In this document: piece by piece, positions 1 through 10,218 of the stretch
How positions within the stretch are numbered: position 1 is the stretch's first letter
Layout: every line of letters starts with the position of its first letter
DNA from: Thermodesulfobacteriota bacterium
GTDB lineage: Bacteria > Desulfobacterota > Desulfarculia > JACQYL01
Assembly: GCA_963675595.2 (NCBI GenBank)
Contig: CAXXLZ010000001.1
Location: 1,440,001 to 1,504,000 of the forward strand
Direction: 5' to 3'
Length of the DNA: 64,000 nucleotides
Program-made: the position numbers and the translations under genes
Notes under the pieces: generated by a model
The model's input: the letters and a program-made list of their open reading frames with translations, nothing else
Told to the model about the DNA's origin: nothing
The model's database searches: none

Positions 1-786
1 CATTACGACCTCGATCTTATGCTCGGCAATTCGCCCTTCCAGCCTCTCATGCCTGTGGAAGCGTTGAAGCGCGCTCAAAATCATCCCTGGCTCTCGAAGA
101 AGCTGAAAAGAACCTTCGAGGAAAACGTGGCCTGCGGCATGAACTCGGTTCTGGAAAGATGGCCTCTCCAGGCTGAAACGCGCCTCTGCAAGGCTCTTCA
201 GGCCTTTGACGACGACAGGATCAAGCGGGTCACAGGCACCTTGAAGAAAGTCTATTACAACGGCGGCCTCATGGGACACGTGCAGTCGCTTCAGCCTCCC
301 ATCCGACTCAAAGGAAAGGACTTCGTCTGGCACGGCGAGTTGGTGGGAGGAATGCGGGAATTCACCAGGGACGATCAGGTCATTCCGTTCAAGATTCACG
401 AAAGGATCGTGTACCTCAGGGAAGCCGGTATTCGGTTCCCGGAATACGCGATGTTCGTTCCCGGTGAATCCTATGACCCCTCCAAGAAGGAACTGGCCAG
501 GCAGGAACTCGGCAAGATAGGCAAGGAACTCGTCCTTGCCGCCAAAGCCACGGGTACCGCTGTGAAGGTAACGGCCAAGGCCGTGTTCGACGGGACCAAG
601 GCAGCGGCAAGAACGGTCGGAAAAGCACCTGGGCTTTTCGCCGGCGCATTTGCCGCCGTGCCCGCTGCCATTGCAATCCCCATGGCTCTCGCGGCGGTTC
701 CCGACCCGATCTTGTGCGGGGTCATTCGTCTGTCCAATCCCAAGACCGGAGGCTACGTCCTCATCAACCTCGGCAAATGGATCTAA
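1..786 (+). CDS. Hypothetical protein, probably 5'-partial; C-terminal Ala-rich hydrophobic segment
   Basis: Frame is open from base 1 (HYDLDL-MLGN...) to TAA at 786, followed by a GC hairpin. No recognisable motif. Confidence 0.6.
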   Translation, partial: HYDLDLMLGNSPFQPLMPVEALKRAQNHPWLSKKLKRTFEENVACGMNSVLERWPLQAETRLCKALQAFDDDRIKRVTGTLKKVYYNGGLMGHVQSLQPPIRLKGKDFVWHGELVGGMREFTRDDQVIPFKIHERIVYLREAGIRFPEYAMFVPGESYDPSKKELARQELGKIGKELVLAAKATGTAVKVTAKAVFDGTKAAARTVGKAPGLFAGAFAAVPAAIAIPMALAAVPDPILCGVIRLSNPKTGGYVLINLGKWI

Positions 787-795
787 CGCCTGAAG

Positions 796-820
796 CCCGC
801 CCCTCGATTCGGGGGGCGGG
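796..820 (+). terminator. GC-rich stem-loop between ORFs (terminator or stabiliser)
   Basis: CCCGCCCC...GGGGCGGG stem directly after the stop at 786; no clear U-tract. Confidence 0.4.
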
Positions 821-840
821 TGCGGGAAAGGAGGTTCGGT

Positions 841-1545
841 ATGGCAGGATTTGAAGACTTTCCGTCGGGAGTGGTCCTGGGAAGAAACGGCAGGCCTGAA
901 GCGGATTCATGGAGCGCCTGGTATCTGCGAGCGCTCCATTGGCAGGTCATGATTCTCTTCTTTGTCGTTGTCGCCCTAATCGGTCACTATATGATCGCCC
1001 GATACGGCATCGCTTCCAAGGACTTCCTGGTGTTCGTCCTGGTCTCGGGTCTGGTCTTCTGGGCCTTGATCCTAAGGGCGTTTTTCATCCTGAGAGGTTT
1101 TTTGCAGCCGCGAACAAGGCTCATCGCAAGCATCCTCTGTAGCGCCCTCATCCTGACGCTTCCCTATCTCTACTTCGTCAATTCCGGAGCCGGGTTTTCT
1201 TTCGAGGGTCTGCTGAACGCCATTCGCCTGCCGGATTATGTCTTCCGTAAGGAACCCGTGCATTCGGTGCCCTACGATCCTTGGGACCCGACCCACGGTT
1301 ACGTGACCTATAAACTCGATCCCTATGCCGAAGTCGTTCTCCGCGACAAGGACGATCATGTGATCTCTTACTTCGAGACCCACTACCGCTTCAACCAGAA
1401 GCTTCCGGCGGGTCGTTATACCCTGGAGATGAATTACCTGGGACGAAACATCCAGGACAAGATCATCGTCCGGGCCGGGGAAAGGTACGTGGTCAAAGCC
1501 AACATGTTCAGAATGGACACCGAGATCTTCGGAGAGGGAGGATGA
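841..1545 (+). CDS. Hypothetical membrane protein (about 3 TM helices plus a soluble beta-rich C-terminal domain)
   Basis: RBS AGGAGG before ATG 841; three hydrophobic stretches in the N-terminal half. Confidence 0.65.
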   Translation: MAGFEDFPSGVVLGRNGRPEADSWSAWYLRALHWQVMILFFVVVALIGHYMIARYGIASKDFLVFVLVSGLVFWALILRAFFILRGFLQPRTRLIASILCSALILTLPYLYFVNSGAGFSFEGLLNAIRLPDYVFRKEPVHSVPYDPWDPTHGYVTYKLDPYAEVVLRDKDDHVISYFETHYRFNQKLPAGRYTLEMNYLGRNIQDKIIVRAGERYVVKANMFRMDTEIFGEGG

Positions 1546-1551
1546 GTCGCC

Positions 1552-1992
1552 ATGAAAAAGACATCGTTGGTCGCCCTGTTCCTGATCATCTCCCTCGGCT
1601 GCGGAAAACGAACCGTGGTGAGGGAACGAACGATCATCCGATACCAACCCGTTCCTGTGAAAGAGGAAGTGCGGGTGGTGGAAAAGTCGCCGGTGAACCA
1701 TTTTACGGTGAATTATCCCAAGCAGACCGCGGACGGCTATTTTGAGACCGGCAAGATCGCCTACGGAAACTGTAACTTTCAGGAAGCCATGCGATGTTTC
1801 GCCGTTGTGCTGAACAGCTCGGCTCCGCCGGAGATCATCGCTGAGTCCTACGCCTACATGGGAGCCTGCTGTTTCTACGAAGGAAGAATGCGAGAGGCTG
1901 AGATGTTTTGTGAAAAGGCCAGGAAGACCCATCCTCAAATCAGACTGCGCCGGGAGGAATTCCCCAGAGAGGTGATCGAATTCTGTAACTGA
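1552..1992 (+). CDS. Putative lipoprotein with TPR-like repeats
   Basis: Signal/lipobox MKKTSLVALFLIISLG-C; TPR-like helices (YFETGKIAY..., AYMGACCFYEGRMREAE). Confidence 0.65.
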   Translation: MKKTSLVALFLIISLGCGKRTVVRERTIIRYQPVPVKEEVRVVEKSPVNHFTVNYPKQTADGYFETGKIAYGNCNFQEAMRCFAVVLNSSAPPEIIAESYAYMGACCFYEGRMREAEMFCEKARKTHPQIRLRREEFPREVIEFCN

Positions 1993-2012
1993 AAAAGCCT
2001 CCTTTCTCCCTC

Positions 2013-2040
2013 AAAAGGGCTCCAGCTGAGCCCTTTTCTT
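2013..2040 (+). terminator. Rho-independent terminator, possibly bidirectional
   Basis: AAAAGGGCTC-cagct-GAGCCCTTTT-CTT just after the operon end. Confidence 0.7.
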
Positions 2041-2197
2041 ATGCCCGAAAGATGGGAAATAATCTCATTATTACTCCAATATAAACTTACATAAACCTGC
2101 ATAAACTCACCAAAGACATAAAAAACCATACGAAAACTTGTTTTCGTGTGATATAACCTCATAGCTTTAATTATCTCACATAATCGACGACACAACC

Positions 2198-2218
2198 AAA
2201 AGCCCGCCGGAGGCGGGC
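2198..2218 (-). terminator. Rho-independent terminator on the minus strand
   Basis: Minus strand reads GCCCGCC-TCC-GGCGGGC-TTTT. Confidence 0.55.
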
Positions 2219-3020
2219 CCCGCCCGCAGGGCGAGGGGCGTTGGGTTCGTTAGAACCCGACTCACCGTGAACCCCATGGGGTTCACCAACCCATTCCCAT
2301 CAAATTTCCATCGAACCGCTCCGATCCGAAAAGACCCCGAAGTTCCTTCTCCGGTCTTCCTCGGATCATAAGGTGACGATTTCCCAATCCCTAAAATCCG
2401 AATCTTCGGACATACCAAAACCAACCCCACCCGATCACACCACCGTCGCGGAACCAATCACTCATCTTCCCGGCGGTAGGATACTCCAACCGGAAGCAGC
2501 CGCTCCGGACCACTCTCCCCTTCCAAAGAAGCATGCAAGCACCCGTTCAACGGATCGCATGCGCAACCCAAGTGTTCTTCCCGGTCACCGGCACACTTCG
2601 GAACCAGGGTCTTCAGTGTCACACGAAACCCGCCCTTTTACATGAATAGCGCCACCCGGCTCGTACCGATACGACCCGGCATGGCCGCTTCATCGAGCGC
2701 TTGCCCAAACGAAAGCCGCAACGGCTCGCCCTTCTTGAAAGCGCTCAACGGTAATTCCCGCTCGCGGCACGAATTGCCGGCGACAATCATTACCACAAAC
2801 ATGGCCATGAAAAGGACGCCACTGACCGGCCTCATGGCCTTGCCCATCTCGCTCCGAGATGAAAAACTTTCGGCCGATGCCCGGAGCACCGGACATCCGA
2901 CCGCAAAGCTTATTAAGGAGCCGTCCTCAACTCTCCATACGCAGAGCGCATAGAGGAGAGCAACCATTCAAACGACTCCGTCGCCGCTCTGCCGAAAAAC
3001 CGACGTTCTAACACAACGAA

Positions 3021-3575
3021 TCAGGGGCCCTGCTGCCCCTGCCAAATCTCCGCCGCTTTCTCGACGAGCCCGACAAGCTCCCTTGCCTTGCTGCGATGCT
3101 CGAAAGCCTGCTCATGATCGCGAGTTACTTGGGACAGTCTCATGTGCTCCACTGCCGGGCCCATGAACTCATCCTCGATAAGAAACATCGCTCTCCCCAG
3201 CGTGTTCCGCTTTCCCTCTTCATGGGAAAGACAGCTGTGCATGATCGCCAAGTCCCGAATCCCCTCGAGCACTTTCCCGATCCTGTAGCGCCGTTTGTCC
3301 ACTTCGAACTTCCCGCAGACTCGCTCGAAGTCCCAGGTATTGAAAGCGCTCTCAGAATCCGACCAGTCGAACCATGCTCGGGTCTGGCCCTGTTCAGCTA
3401 CCCGCATGATGGGCTCGTGCTCGCTCTGCACATACCAGGCGATGAATTCCAGGGTCTCGTCTTTCTCGTCGTCGCTGTATCCAAGCCAAGGATCGCTGTT
3501 TCGTAAAATCTTCAGTCCTGCGGGTACCGGTGCGTCGAGTACGCTATATTCAACTACAACTTGTTCTTGTTTCAT
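3021..3575 (-). CDS. Hypothetical protein
   Basis: 184-aa ORF, RBS GGAGGAAGG upstream, protein-like composition. Confidence 0.65.
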   Translation of the reverse strand: MKQEQVVVEYSVLDAPVPAGLKILRNSDPWLGYSDDEKDETLEFIAWYVQSEHEPIMRVAEQGQTRAWFDWSDSESAFNTWDFERVCGKFEVDKRRYRIGKVLEGIRDLAIMHSCLSHEEGKRNTLGRAMFLIEDEFMGPAVEHMRLSQVTRDHEQAFEHRSKARELVGLVEKAAEIWQGQQGP

Positions 3576-3825
3576 GATGCCTTCCTCCCGGGGTCCGATT
3601 CATTGACCGGACTCTCTCGGCTGTGTATTCACCGAGAGAGTGGAGTTCTGCATCCAGGAAAACAGCAACGCCAAACCCTGATAAACCGATCCGCCAACGG
3701 ATGGAACTTGTTTTCAGGCGACCCTTGAAGAGGGGAAAGGCTTAAATAGGGCTTTCGGCGATGGGGCCGAATCCCATTTATGCCTTTAGCCGTGAAGAAA
3801 ACGGTAGTTACTCGTCACCGATACC

Positions 3826-4110
3826 ATGTCGATACGCCTATCCTATAATCCGGAAGAGCTTCTTCGCTTTGATCCAGAAACTGGATATGCTACAATCGAC
3901 TGCATGGACTATACCAGACAGCGCCTCAAGCCCTGGCAACGCCTCGGCATTACCAAAAGGCAGTACCTCATCAGTAAGCCATGGAAAGGGACCGATCTGT
4001 CCAGAGAGAAGTACGAGGAAGTTATCTCGGTCGTACCACAGGAGCATTTGAATGATCTGAAGATCGAGGCAGAAGCTGAAGCTTTGGTCGAAAGGTTGTT
4101 TGGCGTATAA
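3826..4110 (+). CDS. Small hypothetical protein, possible HTH-like DNA-binding motif
   Basis: 94-aa ORF; KPWQRLGITKRQY resembles the KPWxxLGISRxxYY motif at the C-terminus of some plasmid replicases. Confidence 0.55.
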   Translation: MSIRLSYNPEELLRFDPETGYATIDCMDYTRQRLKPWQRLGITKRQYLISKPWKGTDLSREKYEEVISVVPQEHLNDLKIEAEAEALVERLFGV

Positions 4111-4169
4111 TCCCTTGCAATGCCTTTCATCTTGAATCATAGCAGCACTTTTCTGGATGCGGGGATAGG

Positions 4170-4487
4170 ATGTGGGTGATCGATATTAGACATTGGCTCA
4201 ACGAAGACAAAACAGGCCCGGCGGTTCCGCAGCTGAGATCAAAGGTCGGAAAAATGGCTGAAATCATCATCTTTGCCACCTCGTTTGACAAGGGCCTAAC
4301 GACCGCCCATTCACCCACCTGTTGGCGAAAGCCAAACCGAAAACCCTGCAAGGGACAGTTGGAAATTCATTTCACAGCAGAGGATCGGATACACTGGATT
4401 TGTCCGGTCTGCGGGGATGAAGGAGTGCTCATGGGATTTCGAGGTCTCATCTGGGACATGACCAATGGGATAGGGACGGCTCACTGA
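4170..4487 (+). CDS. Small Cys-containing (putative Zn-binding) hypothetical protein
   Basis: C-x8-C ... WICPVCGDEG (CxxC) motifs; purine-rich RBS upstream. Confidence 0.65.
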   Translation: MWVIDIRHWLNEDKTGPAVPQLRSKVGKMAEIIIFATSFDKGLTTAHSPTCWRKPNRKPCKGQLEIHFTAEDRIHWICPVCGDEGVLMGFRGLIWDMTNGIGTAH

Positions 4488-4569
4488 CATTACGGAAGAA
4501 CCTTGGTGAGTCCAACGGCACAACTAGGAGGTTACCTAAATGCAATTAGCTGGAATTAGGAAATAAATA

Positions 4570-7500
4570 TCAAGTAGAAGCGGCAAGAGCCTCTCTGACC
4601 TTTGTCGCAAGATTGCTAATCGAGAAGGGCTTCTGAATGAAATGTACCCCCTCGTCCAACACACCGTGATGAGCGATGACGTCGGCTGTATAACCTGAGA
4701 TAAAGAGTGTTCGCACGCTTGGATACATGGTGAATATCCGTTCCGACAATTCTCGCCCGTTCATTTCCGGCATGATCACGTCGGTAATGAGCAGGTCGAT
4801 CCTGCCGTTGTAATTTTTTGCTATTTGTATGGCCGACTCGGGAGTCGAAGCTGAAAGAACGGAGTAACCCAAACGTGTAAGCATTATCTTTGTCAAATCG
4901 AGTATCGCCGGTTCATCCTCCACCAACAAGATCGTATCACTGCCCCGAACAACGTGCTCCACCGATTTGAGACCATCGAATGGCTTGATTTCGTCAATCT
5001 GCCTTGGCAAGTATATTTTGAATGTCGTACCCGATCCAGGCTCACTGTATACGTTGACGAAGCCTCGATTCTGTTTGACTATGCCGTAGACCGTCGCCAA
5101 ACCCAGTCCAGTACCTTCTCCAGGTGCTTTGGTGGTAAAAAAAGGCTCAAATAGATTATTCAGGGTTTCCTTGTCCATCCCGTACCCGTTATCGCTCACG
5201 GCCAGAACGACGAAGTCTCCAGGCAACACATCCGGGTTTTCAAAGTGGCATTGGTCATTGAATGCCATGTTCCCCGTTTCGATTATGACCTCACCTGCGC
5301 CGGAAATGGCATCACGCGCATTGACACACAGGTTGGCCAGAATCTGGTCTACTTGGGAGGGATCCAGTTTGACGTGCCACAAGTTATCGCCCGGCAGCCA
5401 CGATAGTCTGATATCCTCCCCGATGAGTCGTCTCAGCATCTTGAGGGTTCCTTCCACCGTCGCATTCAGGTCGAGAACTCTCGGTGTGATGGGCTGCTGA
5501 CGGGCAAAGGCAAGGAGCTGACGAGTGAGATCTGCGGAGCGCCTTGCGGCTTTCGCAACCTCCATCAGGTGACCTGAGAGCGGCTCGGATGCATCCATGT
5601 TGCCCAAAGCCAGTTCGGTGTGACCCAATATGACGCCCAGCATGTTGTTGAAATCGTGGGCCACGCCCCCGGCCAAACGACCAATTGACTCCATCTTGTG
5701 TGCCTGTGTCAGTTGCGCTTGCAACCTTTCCCTCTCCCGTTCTCCCAGTTTGCGATTTGTGATGTCCGAATCCGTACCGACCATTCGGTATGCCCTTCCA
5801 TTCGTATCACGTATCGCCGAACCGCGAGCAAGAAAATATCGAATACTTCCGTCTTTACAGGTCATTTTGTGTTCCGCGAAGAGCTCCGGAGTATCCCCCC
5901 TAATAGCCTCACGTACTGATTGTAAAACTCCTTCGACATCATCTGGATGAATATGTTTGGCCCAATCTTGTATGTGATTTCGAATCTCGTGATCTTCGTA
6001 CCCCAATAGCTGTTTAAGTATCGGGTCAATGTACATATCACCAGTACTCATATTCCAATCCCAAACTCCCACCCTACCTGCTTTTGTAGTTAGGCGATAT
6101 CGCGATTCCCTTTCTTTAAGGTCTGCCATCATGTCTTCATGCTCGAGAACGATGGCAGCCCTTGCGGCAAAGCTTCTAAGTACATCCAAGGCGGGTGTCT
6201 GCTTATGCATGTCATTATTACTCATGACTGCGAAAATACCTATGACATTATCATGGGAATTTCGGAGAGTTGTGCCCCAATAACTATTGATATTTAAGCC
6301 AACAAGCATTGAATTGTCAGGAAACAGATTTTTAACGTTGCTGGGATAAAAACATGTCCCCTGTAGCATCAAATGCTGGCAGGGCCCTCCTTCCAAAGAA
6401 TAGCTAAAATTGTCCACAAAGCCATCGACTGAATAAGCAACTTTTGTATCGGCTTTACAGGAATTTATAGGATTTATTCGAGCAATCAATGCCATGCGGG
6501 CCTTCATCAGGTCTGCCGCTTCCCTTACCATGACTCGGCAGATGGCGTCTCCTGAACGGTCTCCACACTCTGCCAGAACCTGTAGAGCTTTTTCTATTCG
6601 GCGTCTCTCCGAGATGTCATTGATGCTCGAAAGTACGCAGACTTCGTTATCGATGTTAATGGTTTGAGCTGAGAACAACCCTGTAATAACTTCACCATCC
6701 TTCCTTCGGAAGAGAAACTCCTCACCACTGACGATCTCTCCTTTGGAAAGGGCCGACACTACTCTATTTCGGTCATTCTCGTTGACCCATAATCGAAGTC
6801 CGATTGACGAATCTGAGATCGCCTCTTCTCGAGAAAACCCACTGACCGCCGAAAACGCATCATTCACGTCAATGAATCTACCATCTTCGGCACGCGTGAC
6901 AGTGACGATGTAGGGCGAGGTCTGAAAAGCCTTGGAGAACTTTTCCTCGCTTAAGCGTAGCGTATCCCCGGACTCAATCTTATGAAGGCCGAAACTCAGA
7001 TCACGCGAAAGCTCTTCAAACAAAGCTTTCTCCTCGGCATCCGAGGCCAGACTCTCAGGTATGGACACGGCCAGAGTCCCATAAATTTTTCCGCCATGAT
7101 CGAGCCTGCACACTAGTACGGAACGTCCGATAAATTGTGCAGAGGCAAAATGACCCGGAAGCTTAGGAGGCCTTTTGAGCACCAAAGCTCGGTCATGTTC
7201 CAGCGCTCGTTTCAGATAGTCCGGCACATCTCCCTTTTCGAGCCGAACCCTCGCGTTCCCCGTCTCTACATCAAAGTAAGAACAAGCCGAAGTCACCGAC
7301 CGGCCGTCTGCATCCAATAGTACAATCCAAACATTGTGGTAGCCCAATACCATGTCTGTCAGTCTTGCACAGGTTTTCCGGATCAGCTCCAGCGAATCTA
7401 CTTCTTGAACAATGAGTTGGTTCACACTGCGTATGGCCATCAGCACCCGCTCGAGGTGAGCCTTTCGTTCTTCGGCCCGTTTTCGATCTGTTATATCGGT

Positions 7501-8037
7501 AACAGTCAGCAGCAGGGTGCGAGGTTGATCGCCCACCGAGATGCTTGCGTGGTCGGCTGTCCTGGCCTGCAATTGGACCCAAAGAGATTGATCACCGGAA
7601 AGAAGCTCTACCTCGGCATGTTTTCCCAAAGGTTTCTTGAAAAGCGCCTTATATCGTGCCCGGAAAGGTCCTCGGTCCGCCTCCCCCACAAAAGCAACGA
7701 AAGCTCGTCCTTTCACCTTGGCCATGGGGCGTTGGACCATTTCCAGGAAAGTGCGGTTGGCCTCCAATATTCGATTGGTATGGTCAAGAACCACGTATCC
7801 CACGGGAGCAAAGTGGAAAAGATCATGGAACTTGTCCAGCGACTCTCTAAGAGCCTCCTGGGTGCACCGGAGCTCTTCATTTTGAATTTCAAGTTCGGAC
7901 TGATACACCCTCAGTTCCTGAAGCAGCCTTTCGCTGCTTTCATGATGTCGTTCGGTACGGCACGGAGGTTCCGCCACCTCACTCGCCTCAATTCGTTCCT
8001 CAAGGCTCTCTTCCTCTCGACGTTCATCTTTTTTCAT
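4570..8037 (-). CDS. Cytoplasmic hybrid sensor histidine kinase (PAS-GAF-PAS-GAF-PAS-HisKA-HATPase-REC)
   Basis: H-box [10 protein letters not shown]-box [25 protein letters not shown]-terminal REC (LLVEDE...TDVIMP...KPF). Confidence 0.95.
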   Translation of the reverse strand: MKKDERREEESLEERIEASEVAEPPCRTERHHESSERLLQELRVYQSELEIQNEELRCTQEALRESLDKFHDLFHFAPVGYVVLDHTNRILEANRTFLEMVQRPMAKVKGRAFVAFVGEADRGPFRARYKALFKKPLGKHAEVELLSGDQSLWVQLQARTADHASISVGDQPRTLLLTVTDITDRKRAEERKAHLERVLMAIRSVNQLIVQEVDSLELIRKTCARLTDMVLGYHNVWIVLLDADGRSVTSACSYFDVETGNARVRLEKGDVPDYLKRALEHDRALVLKRPPKLPGHFASAQFIGRSVLVCRLDHGGKIYGTLAVSIPESLASDAEEKALFEELSRDLSFGLHKIESGDTLRLSEEKFSKAFQTSPYIVTVTRAEDGRFIDVNDAFSAVSGFSREEAISDSSIGLRLWVNENDRNRVVSALSKGEIVSGEEFLFRRKDGEVITGLFSAQTINIDNEVCVLSSINDISERRRIEKALQVLAECGDRSGDAICRVMVREAADLMKARMALIARINPINSCKADTKVAYSVDGFVDNFSYSLEGGPCQHLMLQGTCFYPSNVKNLFPDNSMLVGLNINSYWGTTLRNSHDNVIGIFAVMSNNDMHKQTPALDVLRSFAARAAIVLEHEDMMADLKERESRYRLTTKAGRVGVWDWNMSTGDMYIDPILKQLLGYEDHEIRNHIQDWAKHIHPDDVEGVLQSVREAIRGDTPELFAEHKMTCKDGSIRYFLARGSAIRDTNGRAYRMVGTDSDITNRKLGERERERLQAQLTQAHKMESIGRLAGGVAHDFNNMLGVILGHTELALGNMDASEPLSGHLMEVAKAARRSADLTRQLLAFARQQPITPRVLDLNATVEGTLKMLRRLIGEDIRLSWLPGDNLWHVKLDPSQVDQILANLCVNARDAISGAGEVIIETGNMAFNDQCHFENPDVLPGDFVVLAVSDNGYGMDKETLNNLFEPFFTTKAPGEGTGLGLATVYGIVKQNRGFVNVYSEPGSGTTFKIYLPRQIDEIKPFDGLKSVEHVVRGSDTILLVEDEPAILDLTKIMLTRLGYSVLSASTPESAIQIAKNYNGRIDLLITDVIMPEMNGRELSERIFTMYPSVRTLFISGYTADVIAHHGVLDEGVHFIQKPFSISNLATKVREALAAST

Positions 8038-8472
8038 GCCGTTCCCTTCAAGAACCCAACGAAAGCCTTCTTTCCCCGTTCGTGTTCACAGGGTCAAAGG
8101 GAGAACGCTCTTACCGCCGGACCCCCGGTACTAAATTCCCGCCTGTAGGTGACGAAGCCGAAAGAGGGAGCTTCTTTGCCGATTCAGGGGATGTAAGTAA
8201 CGATGGAAATCAGCGAGGAAACCTGTTTTCCCTCAGCCTTTCCGCCGAAGGCGGTGACGCCTGCTTGAACCGTTTCAAGGGGGGTGCACGGGGGGAGCTT
8301 CTTCAAAAGTTCCCCCGTGAACGATTACCTTTCTCCGGTCCGCCATATGCTGCACCGTCATCACGCATGCTTTTCATCCCCTAAACGAACCATGAGATTG
8401 ATTCCAACGTCATTCCCAGTAAGAGCCCATATTGCCGCCTCGCTTGTTCCGGCAACCCGTTAAAAAACTAAG

Positions 8473-10134
8473 CTAAACCCGAAAGCGTCCGACCATATTG
8501 CCCAGATCTTCGGACAGCCGATATAATTCTTTGGCGCTGTCATCCACCCGCCGGCTGCTTTCCGTGATGCCGGACGCAGTCCGGCTGACCTGGATGATGT
8601 CTTCAGCAATTCGTCCCGATGCCGCCGAGCCCTGGACCACGTGCTGGTTCACTTCGTCGATGCCCGCTGCAGCCTGGTTGGCGTTCTTCGCGATATTGCG
8701 AGTCGTCGCCGACTGCTCTTCAACAGCCTCGGCAATTCCCGATACAATATGGTTGATTTCCTCGACAACCTTGGAAATTTCGCCCATACCACTCACCGTG
8801 TCGTCGGTTACAAGCTGAACCTGTGCGATACGGGTCTTGATTTCGTCGGTAGCCTCAGCCGTCTGCCTTGCCAGTTTCTTAATCTCGGTCGCAACCACCG
8901 CAAACCCTTTGCCCGCTTCGCCGGCTCTGGCAGCTTCTATAGTGGCGTTCAGCGCCAGGAGTTTGACCTGCTCGGAGATATCGGTAATGGTCTCCACGAC
9001 TTCACCAATGGAATCGGCGGACTTTCCCAGTTCTCGTACACCCTCCGAAAGGCTCCGAGCGCGATCAACCGCCCCGGTCGTGAAAACACGTGCCTTTTCC
9101 GTTCTTTCTGCGATCCCGCCGATGGTTGCCGCCATCTGATCCGCAGCGGAACTCACCATGCCCACACCGCCTGAAGCCTGCAACATAGACGCCGCAACCG
9201 AGTTCATGTTCGCGCTCATCTCCGTGGCGTTGCCCGCAAGCATATCGGATTTGTCCGCCACGAGTTCGGCCTCTGCCGACATTTCCTCCGATATGGCGGA
9301 AAGAGCCTTTGACGCAGTGTTGAGCAAGTCGGAGCCTTTCGAAATCTTTCTCATTTCACACCGCATGGTTTCAGAGAGCGAATTGACGGAAAGAGACAGG
9401 CGGCCCATTTCGTCATCGCTGCGAACATCGCACCGTGCCGTCAAATCACCCTGCGCCAAGGAGCTCATGGCTTTTTCGATCCATTCTACCGGACGCGAGA
9501 TGGAGAAATAATTGATTATGGACAAACACACCACGATCGGAATCACGGCGAGCGTGAGCCACAGTCCGAACTGGGCTCTGCGTTGCGACATCATCGCAGT
9601 TTTCTCCAACGCAGACTCCAGCTCCTCGGTCGCCGCCTTTTGCATTTCCGAAACCAAATTCAGGTATTCATCCTTCTTCTTTCGGAAGACTCCCGTTGCC
9701 TCAGCTATCCGGGCAAAATCCTGATCGATGGTCAGGTCAACGAGAGCGGTTCCGACTCCCAATACCTCATCCGTCATCCCGGAAGCCGTCCGGCAAAGTT
9801 CCTGGAACCGTTCGTCCTGTGACTTCTCCCCCGCTTCCAACAGCTTCTTCTTGAGTTCTTGGGCCAAATCCCGGGCTGTTGCCATCCCGGCGTCCGTGGC
9901 GGCCAACGCACTCGATTCGATATGATTGACGATGGAGCGGGCGGTTGATGCGGCCTTCTCGGAAATCATTGCCAGGACGAATTTGACTTCCTTCACACTC
10001 GTCACCACCTCCACGTTTTTCTTCAACGCCGTGTATCCACTGATGGAAAGGATCAGAAGCGCCAGCAAACAAGTGCCGGATGCTATGAGCAGTTTCCATC
10101 GTATTGAAAGTTTCTTCAACATCCCGCCCCCCAT
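8473..10134 (-). CDS. Methyl-accepting chemotaxis protein (TM-periplasmic helical-TM-HAMP-MA)
   Basis: Signalling hairpin [24 protein letters not shown]; HAMP (DEMGRL); two TM segments. Confidence 0.95.
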   Translation of the reverse strand: MGGGMLKKLSIRWKLLIASGTCLLALLILSISGYTALKKNVEVVTSVKEVKFVLAMISEKAASTARSIVNHIESSALAATDAGMATARDLAQELKKKLLEAGEKSQDERFQELCRTASGMTDEVLGVGTALVDLTIDQDFARIAEATGVFRKKKDEYLNLVSEMQKAATEELESALEKTAMMSQRRAQFGLWLTLAVIPIVVCLSIINYFSISRPVEWIEKAMSSLAQGDLTARCDVRSDDEMGRLSLSVNSLSETMRCEMRKISKGSDLLNTASKALSAISEEMSAEAELVADKSDMLAGNATEMSANMNSVAASMLQASGGVGMVSSAADQMAATIGGIAERTEKARVFTTGAVDRARSLSEGVRELGKSADSIGEVVETITDISEQVKLLALNATIEAARAGEAGKGFAVVATEIKKLARQTAEATDEIKTRIAQVQLVTDDTVSGMGEISKVVEEINHIVSGIAEAVEEQSATTRNIAKNANQAAAGIDEVNQHVVQGSAASGRIAEDIIQVSRTASGITESSRRVDDSAKELYRLSEDLGNMVGRFRV

Positions 10135-10189
10135 AAGAATCTTCCATCCGCAGCCGATTACCCCATACCCCGACGTAGGGAAACATGAA

Positions 10190-10213
10190 GGCCGCCGGGA
10201 GGTCCCGGCGGCC
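10190..10213 (-). terminator. Strong stem-loop between the rhodanese and MCP genes
   Basis: Perfect 11-bp inverted repeat GGCCGCCGGGA-gg-TCCCGGCGGCC, followed on the minus strand by TTCATGTTT. Confidence 0.5.
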
Positions 10214-10218
10214 GCGGT

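Noticed and set aside
2638-2967. 109-aa ORF within the hairpin-rich region
   Set aside because: No clear RBS or motif, and a similar-sized antisense ORF overlaps it; not supportable as a gene.
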